A stretch of 64,000 nt of DNA, taken from the NCBI GenBank assembly GCA_018649885.1, contig JABIHA010000112.1, positions 1 through 64,000 of the forward strand, given 5' to 3'. The notes beneath the pieces are model-generated. The model did not search any database. It saw only the letters and a list, made by a program, of their open reading frames with translations, and was not told the origin of the DNA. The stretch comes from Bacteriovoracaceae bacterium (lineage in GTDB: Bacteria > Bdellovibrionota > Bacteriovoracia > Bacteriovoracales > Bacteriovoracaceae). The position numbers and the translations under genes are program-made. The stretch's first letter is position 1; each line of letters opens with the position of its first letter. Below are positions 40,828 to 49,589 of this stretch, in pieces.

Positions 40828-40856
40828 ATTATAATGAGTTGATCGTTTAATAGCAA
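40828..40856 (-). promoter_or_regulatory. Sigma70 promoter of hpt (predicts leaderless mRNA)
   Basis: Minus strand TTGCTA-17 nt-TATAAT-6 nt-ATG. Confidence 0.6.
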
Positions 40857-40950
40857 AACCAATTTCAGTAAAGGGTTGTATGAGGCCATGGCATTTGGTA
40901 AATTTTATTGTTGATTTGTTATTCTAAGACAATTTTATCCAAGGAACGGG

Positions 40951-41883
40951 ATGCCGGTGAACAAGAAAAAAACTGTTAAGAAATCTCTTGCTGGTACGAC
41001 TCAAAAGAAAAGAACCACGGCCAAGCGCGTGGCTTCAAAAGTGACGAATGCAAAAAGAGATCTTTCTGTGAAGCAGCGAGCTCTTCGTACTAAAAGGGTT
41101 TATGCAAATACAGATAAAAGAAGAATTGCTGTCGATATGCTCGAAAGGTACACAGGGCATGAGATTTATCAATTTCAACCTCAGATTATTTTAACAAATT
41201 TTCATTATTACATCGAAAGATTCAATCATACCTTTGAGGATCATGAATATACTGTGGGATCAGCTTTCAAGGCTTCGTCTTCAGCAAGTGCTGGAGTGAC
41301 TATTGTAGAGTTTGGTATTGGTTCTGCCATGGCAGCTCTTGTAATCGAGCTTTTAGCAGTAATGGAGCCCAAGGCAGTTTTATTTTTAGGTATGTGTGGC
41401 GGAGTCCACTCTTCTTTAAAGGTTGGGGACTTTATCTTGCCCATTGCTTCAATTCGGGCCGAGAGTGTTTCACAGCATTTTATGCCAAACCAAGTTCCAG
41501 CACTCCCAACTTTTAAAATACAAAAATATATGTCCCAAATTTTAGTTGATAAAAAACTTGATTATCGAACGGGTGTTGTTCACTCAACAGATTTAAGGTT
41601 TTGGGAATTCGATGAGGATTTTATTCATAATTTATATGTAGAAAGAGTTATTGCTGTTGAAATGGAAACAGCTGCACTTTTTATTACTGGATTTGCAAGT
41701 AAAGTGAGTATTGGATGTTTACTCTTAGTTTCAGATTGTCCTTTAAAGAAAGGTGGCATTAAAACTAAGGCGTCGGCAAAGAAAGTTTTCAGACAATACA
41801 CAGATAAGCATATTGAGCTTGGCATAGAGGCCATGACGACAATATCACAGCGTGGTGACAAAATTAGACATTATAGATGGTAG
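40951..41883 (+). CDS. amn: AMP nucleosidase (short type, PNP/UDP phosphorylase fold)
   Basis: LERYTG, ILTNF, FGIGS..AAL, LFLGMCGG, EMETA, LLLVSD.P, GIKT. Confidence 0.88.
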   Translation: MPVNKKKTVKKSLAGTTQKKRTTAKRVASKVTNAKRDLSVKQRALRTKRVYANTDKRRIAVDMLERYTGHEIYQFQPQIILTNFHYYIERFNHTFEDHEYTVGSAFKASSSASAGVTIVEFGIGSAMAALVIELLAVMEPKAVLFLGMCGGVHSSLKVGDFILPIASIRAESVSQHFMPNQVPALPTFKIQKYMSQILVDKKLDYRTGVVHSTDLRFWEFDEDFIHNLYVERVIAVEMETAALFITGFASKVSIGCLLLVSDCPLKKGGIKTKASAKKVFRQYTDKHIELGIEAMTTISQRGDKIRHYRW

Positions 41884-41902
41884 ATTAATAAGGAATGAAG
41901 TT

Positions 41903-42937
41903 ATGTTAAAGAAAATTTTAGATTGGTTTTCAAATGATTTGGCTATTGATTTGGGAACCGCCAATTGTTTAGTTTATGCAAAAGACAAGGGGATTATAGT
42001 TGATGAGCCCTCAGTTGTTGCCGTACACCAAGGTTATCGGGGACAGCAAAAAGTTCTAGCTGTTGGCAAAGAGGCCAAGGAGATGCTTGGACGTACACCT
42101 GGCTCAATTCAAGCTATAAGGCCTATGAGAGATGGGGTTATTGCGGACTTTGAAGTAACTCAAGCAATGCTTAGATACTTTATTCAAAAATCGATGACAG
42201 GTTCAAAACTTGTAAAGCCAAGGATTATTATTTGTATTCCTTTTGGAATTACACAGGTTGAAAAAAGAGCTGTTAAAGAATCTGCAGAGCAGGCAGGGGT
42301 CAGAGAAGTTTATTTAATTGAAGAGCCTATGGCAGCTGCAATAGGGGCAGGTCTTCCTATTACCAATCCTTCAGGAAATATGATTGTGGATATCGGGGGC
42401 GGGACAACTGAAGTTGCTGTGATCTCTCTTGGTGGAATTGTTTTCTCAAAATCTGAGCGTGTTGCTGGAGATAAATTTGATGAAGCGATCGCAAATTATA
42501 TTAAAAAGAAATATTCACTTCTTATTGGTGAGAGAACATCTGAGCAAATTAAAATTTCCATTGGAAATGCCTATCCTTGGGATGATGAAATTAAAACTTA
42601 TGAAGTAAAGGGACGAGATTTAATTGCAGGCGCTCCTAAAACGATCGAGGTTACTTCAGACGAGATAAGAGATGCGCTAGCGGATCCCATTTCGGAAGTT
42701 GTGGAAGCCATTAAGATTGCTCTTGAAAAAACACCACCTGAATTAGCTGCTGATATTGTAGATAATGGGATCATTTTAGCCGGAGGAGGCTCTCTTCTTG
42801 CAAACTTGGACATTCTCATTAAAGAAAAAACTGGTCTTCCAGTTTCTTTAACTGAAGATCCTCTAACATGTGTTGTAAGAGGCTGTGGAGAGTGTTTGGA
42901 GTCGATCTCATTACTTAAACAAGTTACTATAACCTAG
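41903..42937 (+). CDS. mreB: Rod shape-determining protein MreB
   Basis: AIDLGTAN, RPMRDGVIADF, EEPMAAAIGAG, DIGGGTTE, TPPEL. Confidence 0.98.
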   Translation: MLKKILDWFSNDLAIDLGTANCLVYAKDKGIIVDEPSVVAVHQGYRGQQKVLAVGKEAKEMLGRTPGSIQAIRPMRDGVIADFEVTQAMLRYFIQKSMTGSKLVKPRIIICIPFGITQVEKRAVKESAEQAGVREVYLIEEPMAAAIGAGLPITNPSGNMIVDIGGGTTEVAVISLGGIVFSKSERVAGDKFDEAIANYIKKKYSLLIGERTSEQIKISIGNAYPWDDEIKTYEVKGRDLIAGAPKTIEVTSDEIRDALADPISEVVEAIKIALEKTPPELAADIVDNGIILAGGGSLLANLDILIKEKTGLPVSLTEDPLTCVVRGCGECLESISLLKQVTIT

Positions 42938-42944
42938 AGAAATT

Positions 42945-43787
42945 GTGGATAATAACGAAGAAATTTATTTTTCACTTGTTATAAAGCGTGAAGCGCTCAG
43001 GAGATTTGCTCAGCTTGAAGAGGAATCGACTGAGCTTAAGCTTTGGAAGAAAAATGCATCTGAAAGAATTAAGTTCTCGGTAAGTAAGTTTAATTCCGAA
43101 GAAATCATTCTTGAATTAATCACCAGCGAAAAAACTAAAATTACCAATGAAAAGGTACTATTCAATTTTGTGGTAGAAGGTGTTCAGTATTTTGGTTCTG
43201 GAAAAATAGAAAAGTCTAAATATATTGGTAACTTTACTTTAAAGCCAATGGACAAGCTCTATAAATGTGAACGAAGGAAAGGATATCGTCTGCTAGTGTA
43301 TCCTTTGCATGAAGTCTTTGCAGAAATTGATTTGAATGAAATGATTTCTGCTGATTCAAGGAAAATTCTAGATATAACTCAAAAAAAAGTCGGTACTGAA
43401 ACAGATCTTTTCAAAAAATTTCATTTCTTATTAGGCCAAACGAAGAAAAATATTAAGAATTCTATTTTTCCTTTTAGAGCTATTAATGTTTCTTCATTAG
43501 GTTTGGCCTTGAAACTGGGAGAGTTTGAGGCAAGTTTTTTTAGCGAAGGAATAGAATTTCGGAATTTGGTAATAAAATTTAACGGAGGCTCTTTTCCTAT
43601 AGAATGGGCCAAGGTTGTTTATATTCAAGAATATAGTGAAAAGGGCTCGAGTGCTATTACCTCTTATAAAGTAGGGCTTGAGTTCTTGAAAATCGATGAG
43701 AATGTTGAAAAAAGCCTTACAAGAACGCTAAATCACGAAATGAAGGAGTCTGATTTCACTCTTGAATTTGAACTATTTGAAGGATAA
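42945..43787 (+). CDS. PilZ-domain (YcgR-like) c-di-GMP-binding protein
   Basis: RxxxR (ERRKGYR) and NxSxxG (NVSSLG); AKVV...KVGLEF. Confidence 0.7.
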   Translation: MDNNEEIYFSLVIKREALRRFAQLEEESTELKLWKKNASERIKFSVSKFNSEEIILELITSEKTKITNEKVLFNFVVEGVQYFGSGKIEKSKYIGNFTLKPMDKLYKCERRKGYRLLVYPLHEVFAEIDLNEMISADSRKILDITQKKVGTETDLFKKFHFLLGQTKKNIKNSIFPFRAINVSSLGLALKLGEFEASFFSEGIEFRNLVIKFNGGSFPIEWAKVVYIQEYSEKGSSAITSYKVGLEFLKIDENVEKSLTRTLNHEMKESDFTLEFELFEG

Positions 43788-44560
43788 TGAAATACCGGCT
43801 CACTTTATTAATTACATTCTTTTTATTACTTTCATGTTCAATCTTTACTCGTGGTAAAAACAACTTAAATGATATTTTAAAAAAGAATAAATCTGAGTAC
43901 CGTTACCACGATATATCAGGAAGTTTTGATCTCGTTAGTGAGACAGGTTTTCTTAAAAAAAACACTGAGTTTTTCACCAAGAGTTATTTGAAAGATGATA
44001 AATCTAATGATGACAAACCAGTGGAAAAGAGACTTTCTATTTCTAAAATTGACTCTATTGAAATAAAAAAGAAAAGATTTCAAATTATGAAGCCAAAGCT
44101 TTCTATGTTTTCCATTTGGCTCGATAGCAAGAAATATTCAAATAAAATTGAATACTTTGAAAAAGAAAGAATTTTCAAAGTGAGAGCAAATACTGGTGAA
44201 AAAGAAGTGAAGTTACCTGGAGGAAACCAGGTTTATTGTTATTTTGGCCAATTGGTAGACTGTCTCGCCAGTACAGGTTTATTTTTAGAAAGTGGAGTGA
44301 AAAAGGGAGACAAGATTAGTTTTTCATTAATTTGGGAAAGCTATCCCTATAATGAGTATATATATGACAGGGCAGTGAATGAACTGGTGAGCCCAGCTAC
44401 TCTTGAGGTTGAAAAATTGAAAAGTGAGTCGGTATCAAATTTTTCTATTGAGGTTTGGAATCAAACAATATCGTATGAAGTAAATGCTGATGGGGCAATG
44501 GAAAGCATGAACTGGGCCGTTCAAGGAATATCTATAAAACAAAATAATAGTTCTAAATAG
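43787..44560 (+). CDS. Hypothetical lipoprotein
   Basis: Lipobox FLLLSC after a basic n-region; coupled to the upstream stop. Confidence 0.65.
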   Translation: MKYRLTLLITFFLLLSCSIFTRGKNNLNDILKKNKSEYRYHDISGSFDLVSETGFLKKNTEFFTKSYLKDDKSNDDKPVEKRLSISKIDSIEIKKKRFQIMKPKLSMFSIWLDSKKYSNKIEYFEKERIFKVRANTGEKEVKLPGGNQVYCYFGQLVDCLASTGLFLESGVKKGDKISFSLIWESYPYNEYIYDRAVNELVSPATLEVEKLKSESVSNFSIEVWNQTISYEVNADGAMESMNWAVQGISIKQNNSSK

Positions 44561-44616
44561 GGACTTTATTTACTATTGGAGCTGGTCGTTAATCATGGTA
44601 AAAGTATCTTAAGTTT

Positions 44617-45690
44617 ATGAGCATTGGACAAATATTTTGCACCGGCATTCAAGGTTTTTCCTTAACTGATGAGGAAAGTGAGTTTCTTGAAAAAGAAGAT
44701 ATAGGCGGTGTTGTATTATTTTCTCATAACTTTGATTGTCCCGCCCAACTTGCCGAATTAGTTAATAGTATCCAAAAATGTAGAGACGAGTATCCTCTTT
44801 TAATTTGTACTGACCATGAGGGTGGTAGAGCTCAACAATTTACAGATGGATTTACTCATTTTCCCGCCATGGGAGAGATTGCCACTCTTGAATCACCAAA
44901 AGTAACATTTGAAGTGCATCAAGTAATGGCAGAAGAGCTTAAGGCCTGCGGAGTAAATACTAATTTGGCTCCATGTTGTGACATACTTTCCAATAATCAT
45001 AATAAGATTATCGGAGACCGCTCATTTGGTTCTGACTGTGAATCTGTGTCTAAGCACATTTCAGCGGCCATTAGAGGTCTTCAAACAGCCGGCATAATTG
45101 CATGTGCTAAACATTTTCCCGGTCATGGTGATACCTCAAAAGATGCAAGTCGAGGTGTACCTGTAGTTAAAAACTCGTGTGAAAAATTAGAAGAAAGGGA
45201 AGTGGTACCTTTTAGCAGAGCTTCAAGGGCCAGAGTTGAGTTGATGATGATGGGCCATTTGCAAGTTGATTCAATTGATGAAGAAATATCCTGTAGTCTT
45301 AGTGAGAAAGCGCATAGCTTTTTAAGAGATAAAACCAAATTTAGAGGGTTGGTAATATCCGACAATTTAGAGGTGAAAGCTATAACTGACAAATATAGTA
45401 CAAGTGAAATTCCATTAATGGCCATAAAAGCTGGCTGCGATTTACTCTTGTACAAATCATTTGAAGGTGCGAAGAAAGCATATGAAGCCGTAAAGGCCAG
45501 TCACTCTGAAGGCAAATTAAAAAATTCGGGCATTGCTGATTCTCTCAAGAAAATCGAAGACTTAAAGAAGAGATACTTAAGTAATTATGAACCTATCTAC
45601 ATTCCGAGTATCCAAAAAATTCTTGGAAGAAGCACCTCTATTGAGTTGTCGAGGGGCCTTGCTCAAAAAATTCTTTCAGAGGTTGAGTAA
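44617..45690 (+). CDS. nagZ: GH3 beta-N-acetylhexosaminidase (NagZ) homolog with degenerate acid/base loop
   Basis: GGVVLF..N, DHEGG, NLAP..D, IGDRSFG, AKHFPGHG, ISD. Confidence 0.85.
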   Translation: MSIGQIFCTGIQGFSLTDEESEFLEKEDIGGVVLFSHNFDCPAQLAELVNSIQKCRDEYPLLICTDHEGGRAQQFTDGFTHFPAMGEIATLESPKVTFEVHQVMAEELKACGVNTNLAPCCDILSNNHNKIIGDRSFGSDCESVSKHISAAIRGLQTAGIIACAKHFPGHGDTSKDASRGVPVVKNSCEKLEEREVVPFSRASRARVELMMMGHLQVDSIDEEISCSLSEKAHSFLRDKTKFRGLVISDNLEVKAITDKYSTSEIPLMAIKAGCDLLLYKSFEGAKKAYEAVKASHSEGKLKNSGIADSLKKIEDLKKRYLSNYEPIYIPSIQKILGRSTSIELSRGLAQKILSEVE

Positions 45691-45791
45691 AGCGTTTTAC
45701 TAGAACGCTATGAGAACTCTTTTCCTAATTTAACACTGCGTATAATTTGGTATCCTAAGTACTCAGAATTTAATTATCACGGGGTAATTTT

Positions 45792-46685
45792 ATGTTACTT
45801 TGGGCATCAACAATTGCAATGGGAATTGCGGTCTTCATGATCGCTAACACCATGTTTACGGAAGAAGATCAATTCAAGGCTTCTGAGAGTTTGGATGATG
45901 ATGAAAATCAAGTCAAACCTGAACAGGGTATTATTCTAAAATATTCAAAACCATTTTTTAAAAGATATGTAAGTCCTTATGTCGGGACTATGAAAAGTAT
46001 TAAAACCATTAGAGGAAAGTATAAGAAGAAGCTCGCTAATGCTGGACTTACACAAGAGATGAGTGCAGATGATTTTTATTCTTTTAAACTTTTTCTTATT
46101 CTTGGGTTTCCAATTGTATTTCTACTTTTAAGAGAATTTCTTGAAGAGACATGGCCTCTATCATTTGCACCGGTTATGGGAATCTTGGGATTTTATTATC
46201 CTGATATTTGGATTGATGGAAGGATAAAGCAAAGGAAGGATGACATCCTGGTGGGATTTCCATTTATCGTTGATTTACTGGCACTTTCAATTGAAGCCGG
46301 ACTAGATTTTGTTGCAGCAATATCAAAAGTTATAGATAAGGCACCAGCTGGCCCAATTGTTGATGAATTTGAAATTTTACTAAAAGAGCTAAGAATCGGA
46401 AGCTCAAGGGAAGAGGCGCTTAGATCTCTTGCCTGGCGCTGTGATTTAATTCAAGTAACTTCATTTTCTGCTGCTCTTATTGCAGCCAATTCCGTTGGAG
46501 CATCAGTTGGTCCCATTTTAAAGGGACAGTCTCAAGATTTGAGACAAAAGAGATCTACTGATGCTGAAAAAAAGGGCGCCGAAGCTGCAACTAAAATATT
46601 ACTACCAATGTTTATGTTCTTTTTGCCAGCAGTCGTAATTATTATCATGGCACCACTTGCAGTTCAGTGGATGACAGGAGGATGA
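45792..46685 (+). CDS. tadC: TadC-like inner-membrane platform protein (T2SS F family)
   Basis: L.NAG, P.IVDLL.LS.EAGL, G.SR.EAL, AE.A.TK...P...F.LP. Confidence 0.87.
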   Translation: MLLWASTIAMGIAVFMIANTMFTEEDQFKASESLDDDENQVKPEQGIILKYSKPFFKRYVSPYVGTMKSIKTIRGKYKKKLANAGLTQEMSADDFYSFKLFLILGFPIVFLLLREFLEETWPLSFAPVMGILGFYYPDIWIDGRIKQRKDDILVGFPFIVDLLALSIEAGLDFVAAISKVIDKAPAGPIVDEFEILLKELRIGSSREEALRSLAWRCDLIQVTSFSAALIAANSVGASVGPILKGQSQDLRQKRSTDAEKKGAEAATKILLPMFMFFLPAVVIIIMAPLAVQWMTGG

Positions 46686-47038
46686 AAAAGATTAAAGTTA
46701 GCATTAAAGAAAATGGAAGTTCAATGGGTGAGGGGTTTTTGGTTGCAGAGAAATTCTTTGATCGGTTAAAGGGCTTAATGTTTGAAAAAGAAATAAAAGG
46801 ATATGATGGATTACTTATTAAAAACTGTAATTCAATTCATACTTTTTTTATGAAGTTTAATATTGATGTAGTTTTTTTAAATAAAAATTTTGAGGTGATA
46901 AAGATATTAAGAGACTTACGTAAATGGAGAATAACTCCAATTTATTTTAAGGCCAGTCAGGTTCTTGAAATGAAATCTGGAGGACTGCCAGAGGGATTAA
47001 AAGAGGGTGAAACCCTAGAGGTGCAATGTATAAAATAG
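46682..47038 (+). CDS. DUF192 family protein
   Basis: RLKGLM, CNSIHTFFMKF.IDVVFL, VLE; ATGA overlap with tadC. Confidence 0.85.
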   Translation: MKKIKVSIKENGSSMGEGFLVAEKFFDRLKGLMFEKEIKGYDGLLIKNCNSIHTFFMKFNIDVVFLNKNFEVIKILRDLRKWRITPIYFKASQVLEMKSGGLPEGLKEGETLEVQCIK

Positions 47039-48606
47039 TATGTGTTGGAGGAAAGCTAAGAGGTGAAGAGTTTGTCTTAAATGACGGCGACAATACCCTT
47101 GGCAGAGATCCCAGCGAAAATGATATTCCATTATCAGTGCAAGGTATTTCTAAAAAGCACTTGAATCTAACAGTGAACGAAAATGTCGTTTACATTGAAG
47201 ATTTAGGTAGTTCCAATGGCACATTTGTTAATGGGGAATTAGTTAAAAGGTCTAGTGTTGAAAATGGAGATAAGATTGCCCTTCCCAATGTGATTTTTCA
47301 GCTTGTACATGTAAAAGAAAAGAAAGTTATTGTTAAAAAGAAGATTTTAAAAGAACAAGAAGACGACACTGAAGATGATGAATCTTTTTATGGAAATACT
47401 GGTGGTACGATGCCAACAACACCTCATGGGAAGGTGTTATTTCTCTTTAAAAACAAAGTCATGCCTATATTCTATAAATTTAATGAAGAATATGAATGGA
47501 GAATGATAATAGGCATTTTTCTAGGTGCTTTTATACTTATTTCTGTTTACTTCATAATCTCTCCAATTTTAAAAGATAGTAAGAGACTTCTTATTACAGA
47601 GATTATTGCTAGAGCTGAACATTATGCCAATGAAGTTGAAAGGTTAAATGCGAGGGCACTTGAAGCCAGAAACCTAGATAGATTAGATACTAACTTTCTT
47701 GAACGTGAGCCAGGTGTAAATGAATATGAACTCTTTGATTTAGAAGGACGTATCGTTAGGCCTGCCACAAAATTGAATAATTACATTAAAAAAAGCTTCT
47801 CAGTTTCTGCCAGAACTTGGATGCTGAATAATCCTGAGCATGCAAAGAATAAATCTTATATAAAAAATCTTGGAGATAATAGAATTGGAATTGCCAAATC
47901 TATAATGGCCTATAATGTGAAACTCGGAAGAGAAGAGGCTGTTGGTATTATTGCGATTCAATTCACGCCTGTATCACTACAGGTCGGGGATGCCAATAAT
48001 TTGAAGGCTTATTGGGAGTCAGTGGTTATAACGGTGATTGGAGCAGTTTTATTTTTTGCACTTCTCTATTTTTTGACTATGAGGCACTTTGAAGAGATGA
48101 AGTTTCAAATTGAACAAGTGATGAGAGGAAAACAAAAAGAGATAATTAGTAAATATCATATGATTGAGCTGACGAAGCTTCGGAATTTAATTAATTCTTT
48201 ATTACAAAGAATAAGAGAACTTCAAAATGAAGATGATGGAGAGTCTAGTGATTTAGAAGATGAGGAACCATATATAGAAACATTACATCAATTTCTATTA
48301 GCTGCAGGTGGAGCAGCTATGGTGCTGACATCGGAGAAAAAAATTAGATATTTAAATCCAGAAGCTGAGGATCTAACTGGTATTAGAGAATCCATGGCAG
48401 AAGGAGCAGAAATATTAGACGTAGCTAGAGATCAAGGATTTGCAGCCACTATTATTGATATATGTGATGAGACGGTTAATTCTCAAGGAGAGGTTGCCAA
48501 AAAAGAATGGGAACTTAGGGGAGAGAATTACAGTGTATGTGCCATAACTTTGTTTGGAAGAGATAGTTTTTCCAAAGGCTTTTTTATAACATTTGTAAAG
48601 GAATGA
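47026..48606 (+). CDS. FHA-domain membrane protein with two TM helices, periplasmic domain and HAMP/PAS-like C-terminus
   Basis: FHA motifs GR, SKKH, DLGSSNGTFVNG; two hydrophobic segments; N.EAEDLTG PAS-like motif. Confidence 0.8.
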   Translation: MYKIVCVGGKLRGEEFVLNDGDNTLGRDPSENDIPLSVQGISKKHLNLTVNENVVYIEDLGSSNGTFVNGELVKRSSVENGDKIALPNVIFQLVHVKEKKVIVKKKILKEQEDDTEDDESFYGNTGGTMPTTPHGKVLFLFKNKVMPIFYKFNEEYEWRMIIGIFLGAFILISVYFIISPILKDSKRLLITEIIARAEHYANEVERLNARALEARNLDRLDTNFLEREPGVNEYELFDLEGRIVRPATKLNNYIKKSFSVSARTWMLNNPEHAKNKSYIKNLGDNRIGIAKSIMAYNVKLGREEAVGIIAIQFTPVSLQVGDANNLKAYWESVVITVIGAVLFFALLYFLTMRHFEEMKFQIEQVMRGKQKEIISKYHMIELTKLRNLINSLLQRIRELQNEDDGESSDLEDEEPYIETLHQFLLAAGGAAMVLTSEKKIRYLNPEAEDLTGIRESMAEGAEILDVARDQGFAATIIDICDETVNSQGEVAKKEWELRGENYSVCAITLFGRDSFSKGFFITFVKE

Positions 48607-48614
48607 GTTAAAAG

Positions 48615-49589
48615 ATGTCACAAAATGTACTTGTATTAAAGAATTTTGAAAAGCCTACTGATCCAGGTAAGCATTTCAGATTACTTTGCTTAACAGGTAG
48701 CAATAAGGGCCAGTCTTATTTTCTGACAAAGGGAAGAATTGTTATTGGTCGAGGTGATGAGTGCGATATAAAAATCAACGATTCAAAATCATCTAGAGAG
48801 CATGCAGAGGTCACGATAATCGGTGGTGATGTTGTTATAACTGACTTGAAATCTCAAAATGGGGTGGTAGTCAATGATTTCAAAGTGACTCAGCACAAAT
48901 TGTCCCAAGGGGACACAGTCATTATTGGACAAACGGTTTTCAAATTTTCTGTTGTTAAAGTAGATGCACTTGTTAAAAAAGAAAAAGAGGATGAAGAAGA
49001 TTTAGGGAATTTTGAGGATGTCAAAAGGAGTACCAATGATATTCCTCCAGAAAAAAAGAAAAAGAATTTTCTGATAGGAGTAATCGCAATTTTGATAATA
49101 GTAGTCCTTTTGCCCGATGATGAGTCTAAAGAAGAAAATGGGTCTAACTTAAAGGCTAGGCCTGTTACAGATGAATATACTGAAGCGATCATGAGAAAAC
49201 AATTAGATGAAGATAGAGAGCTCAAAAAGAAGCTAGATGCAATTTTTCAACGAGGCCAAAGAGAGTTACGTGAAGGGAATTATTTTAGAGCAATGAGTGA
49301 ATTTAATTTAGCTCTAATCTTGTCTCCAAGTAATGGGCGTGCAAGCTTTTATCTCGAAAAGGCAAAAAAAGCACTGGATGATGAAATAGAGGCCCATTTT
49401 ATAAAAGGGCGTAGAGAATATGACTCATTAAAGTTTAAAGGTGCAGTGCAATCGTATTGTGCAATTGCAAGGCTTTTACAAAATAATAGAGAAGATGAAA
49501 GATTTAAAGACGCGATTGAAAATGTGAAAGAAATTGAGATTCAACTGGGAATTAAAGAAGGTGATCTTAAGTGTATACAAGGGGAGTAA
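48615..49589 (+). CDS. FHA-TM-TPR protein
   Basis: IGRG, SSREHA, DLKSQNG; single TM; TPR-like helices (G...REGNY.RA..EF..AL). Confidence 0.8.
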   Translation: MSQNVLVLKNFEKPTDPGKHFRLLCLTGSNKGQSYFLTKGRIVIGRGDECDIKINDSKSSREHAEVTIIGGDVVITDLKSQNGVVVNDFKVTQHKLSQGDTVIIGQTVFKFSVVKVDALVKKEKEDEEDLGNFEDVKRSTNDIPPEKKKKNFLIGVIAILIIVVLLPDDESKEENGSNLKARPVTDEYTEAIMRKQLDEDRELKKKLDAIFQRGQRELREGNYFRAMSEFNLALILSPSNGRASFYLEKAKKALDDEIEAHFIKGRREYDSLKFKGAVQSYCAIARLLQNNREDERFKDAIENVKEIEIQLGIKEGDLKCIQGE

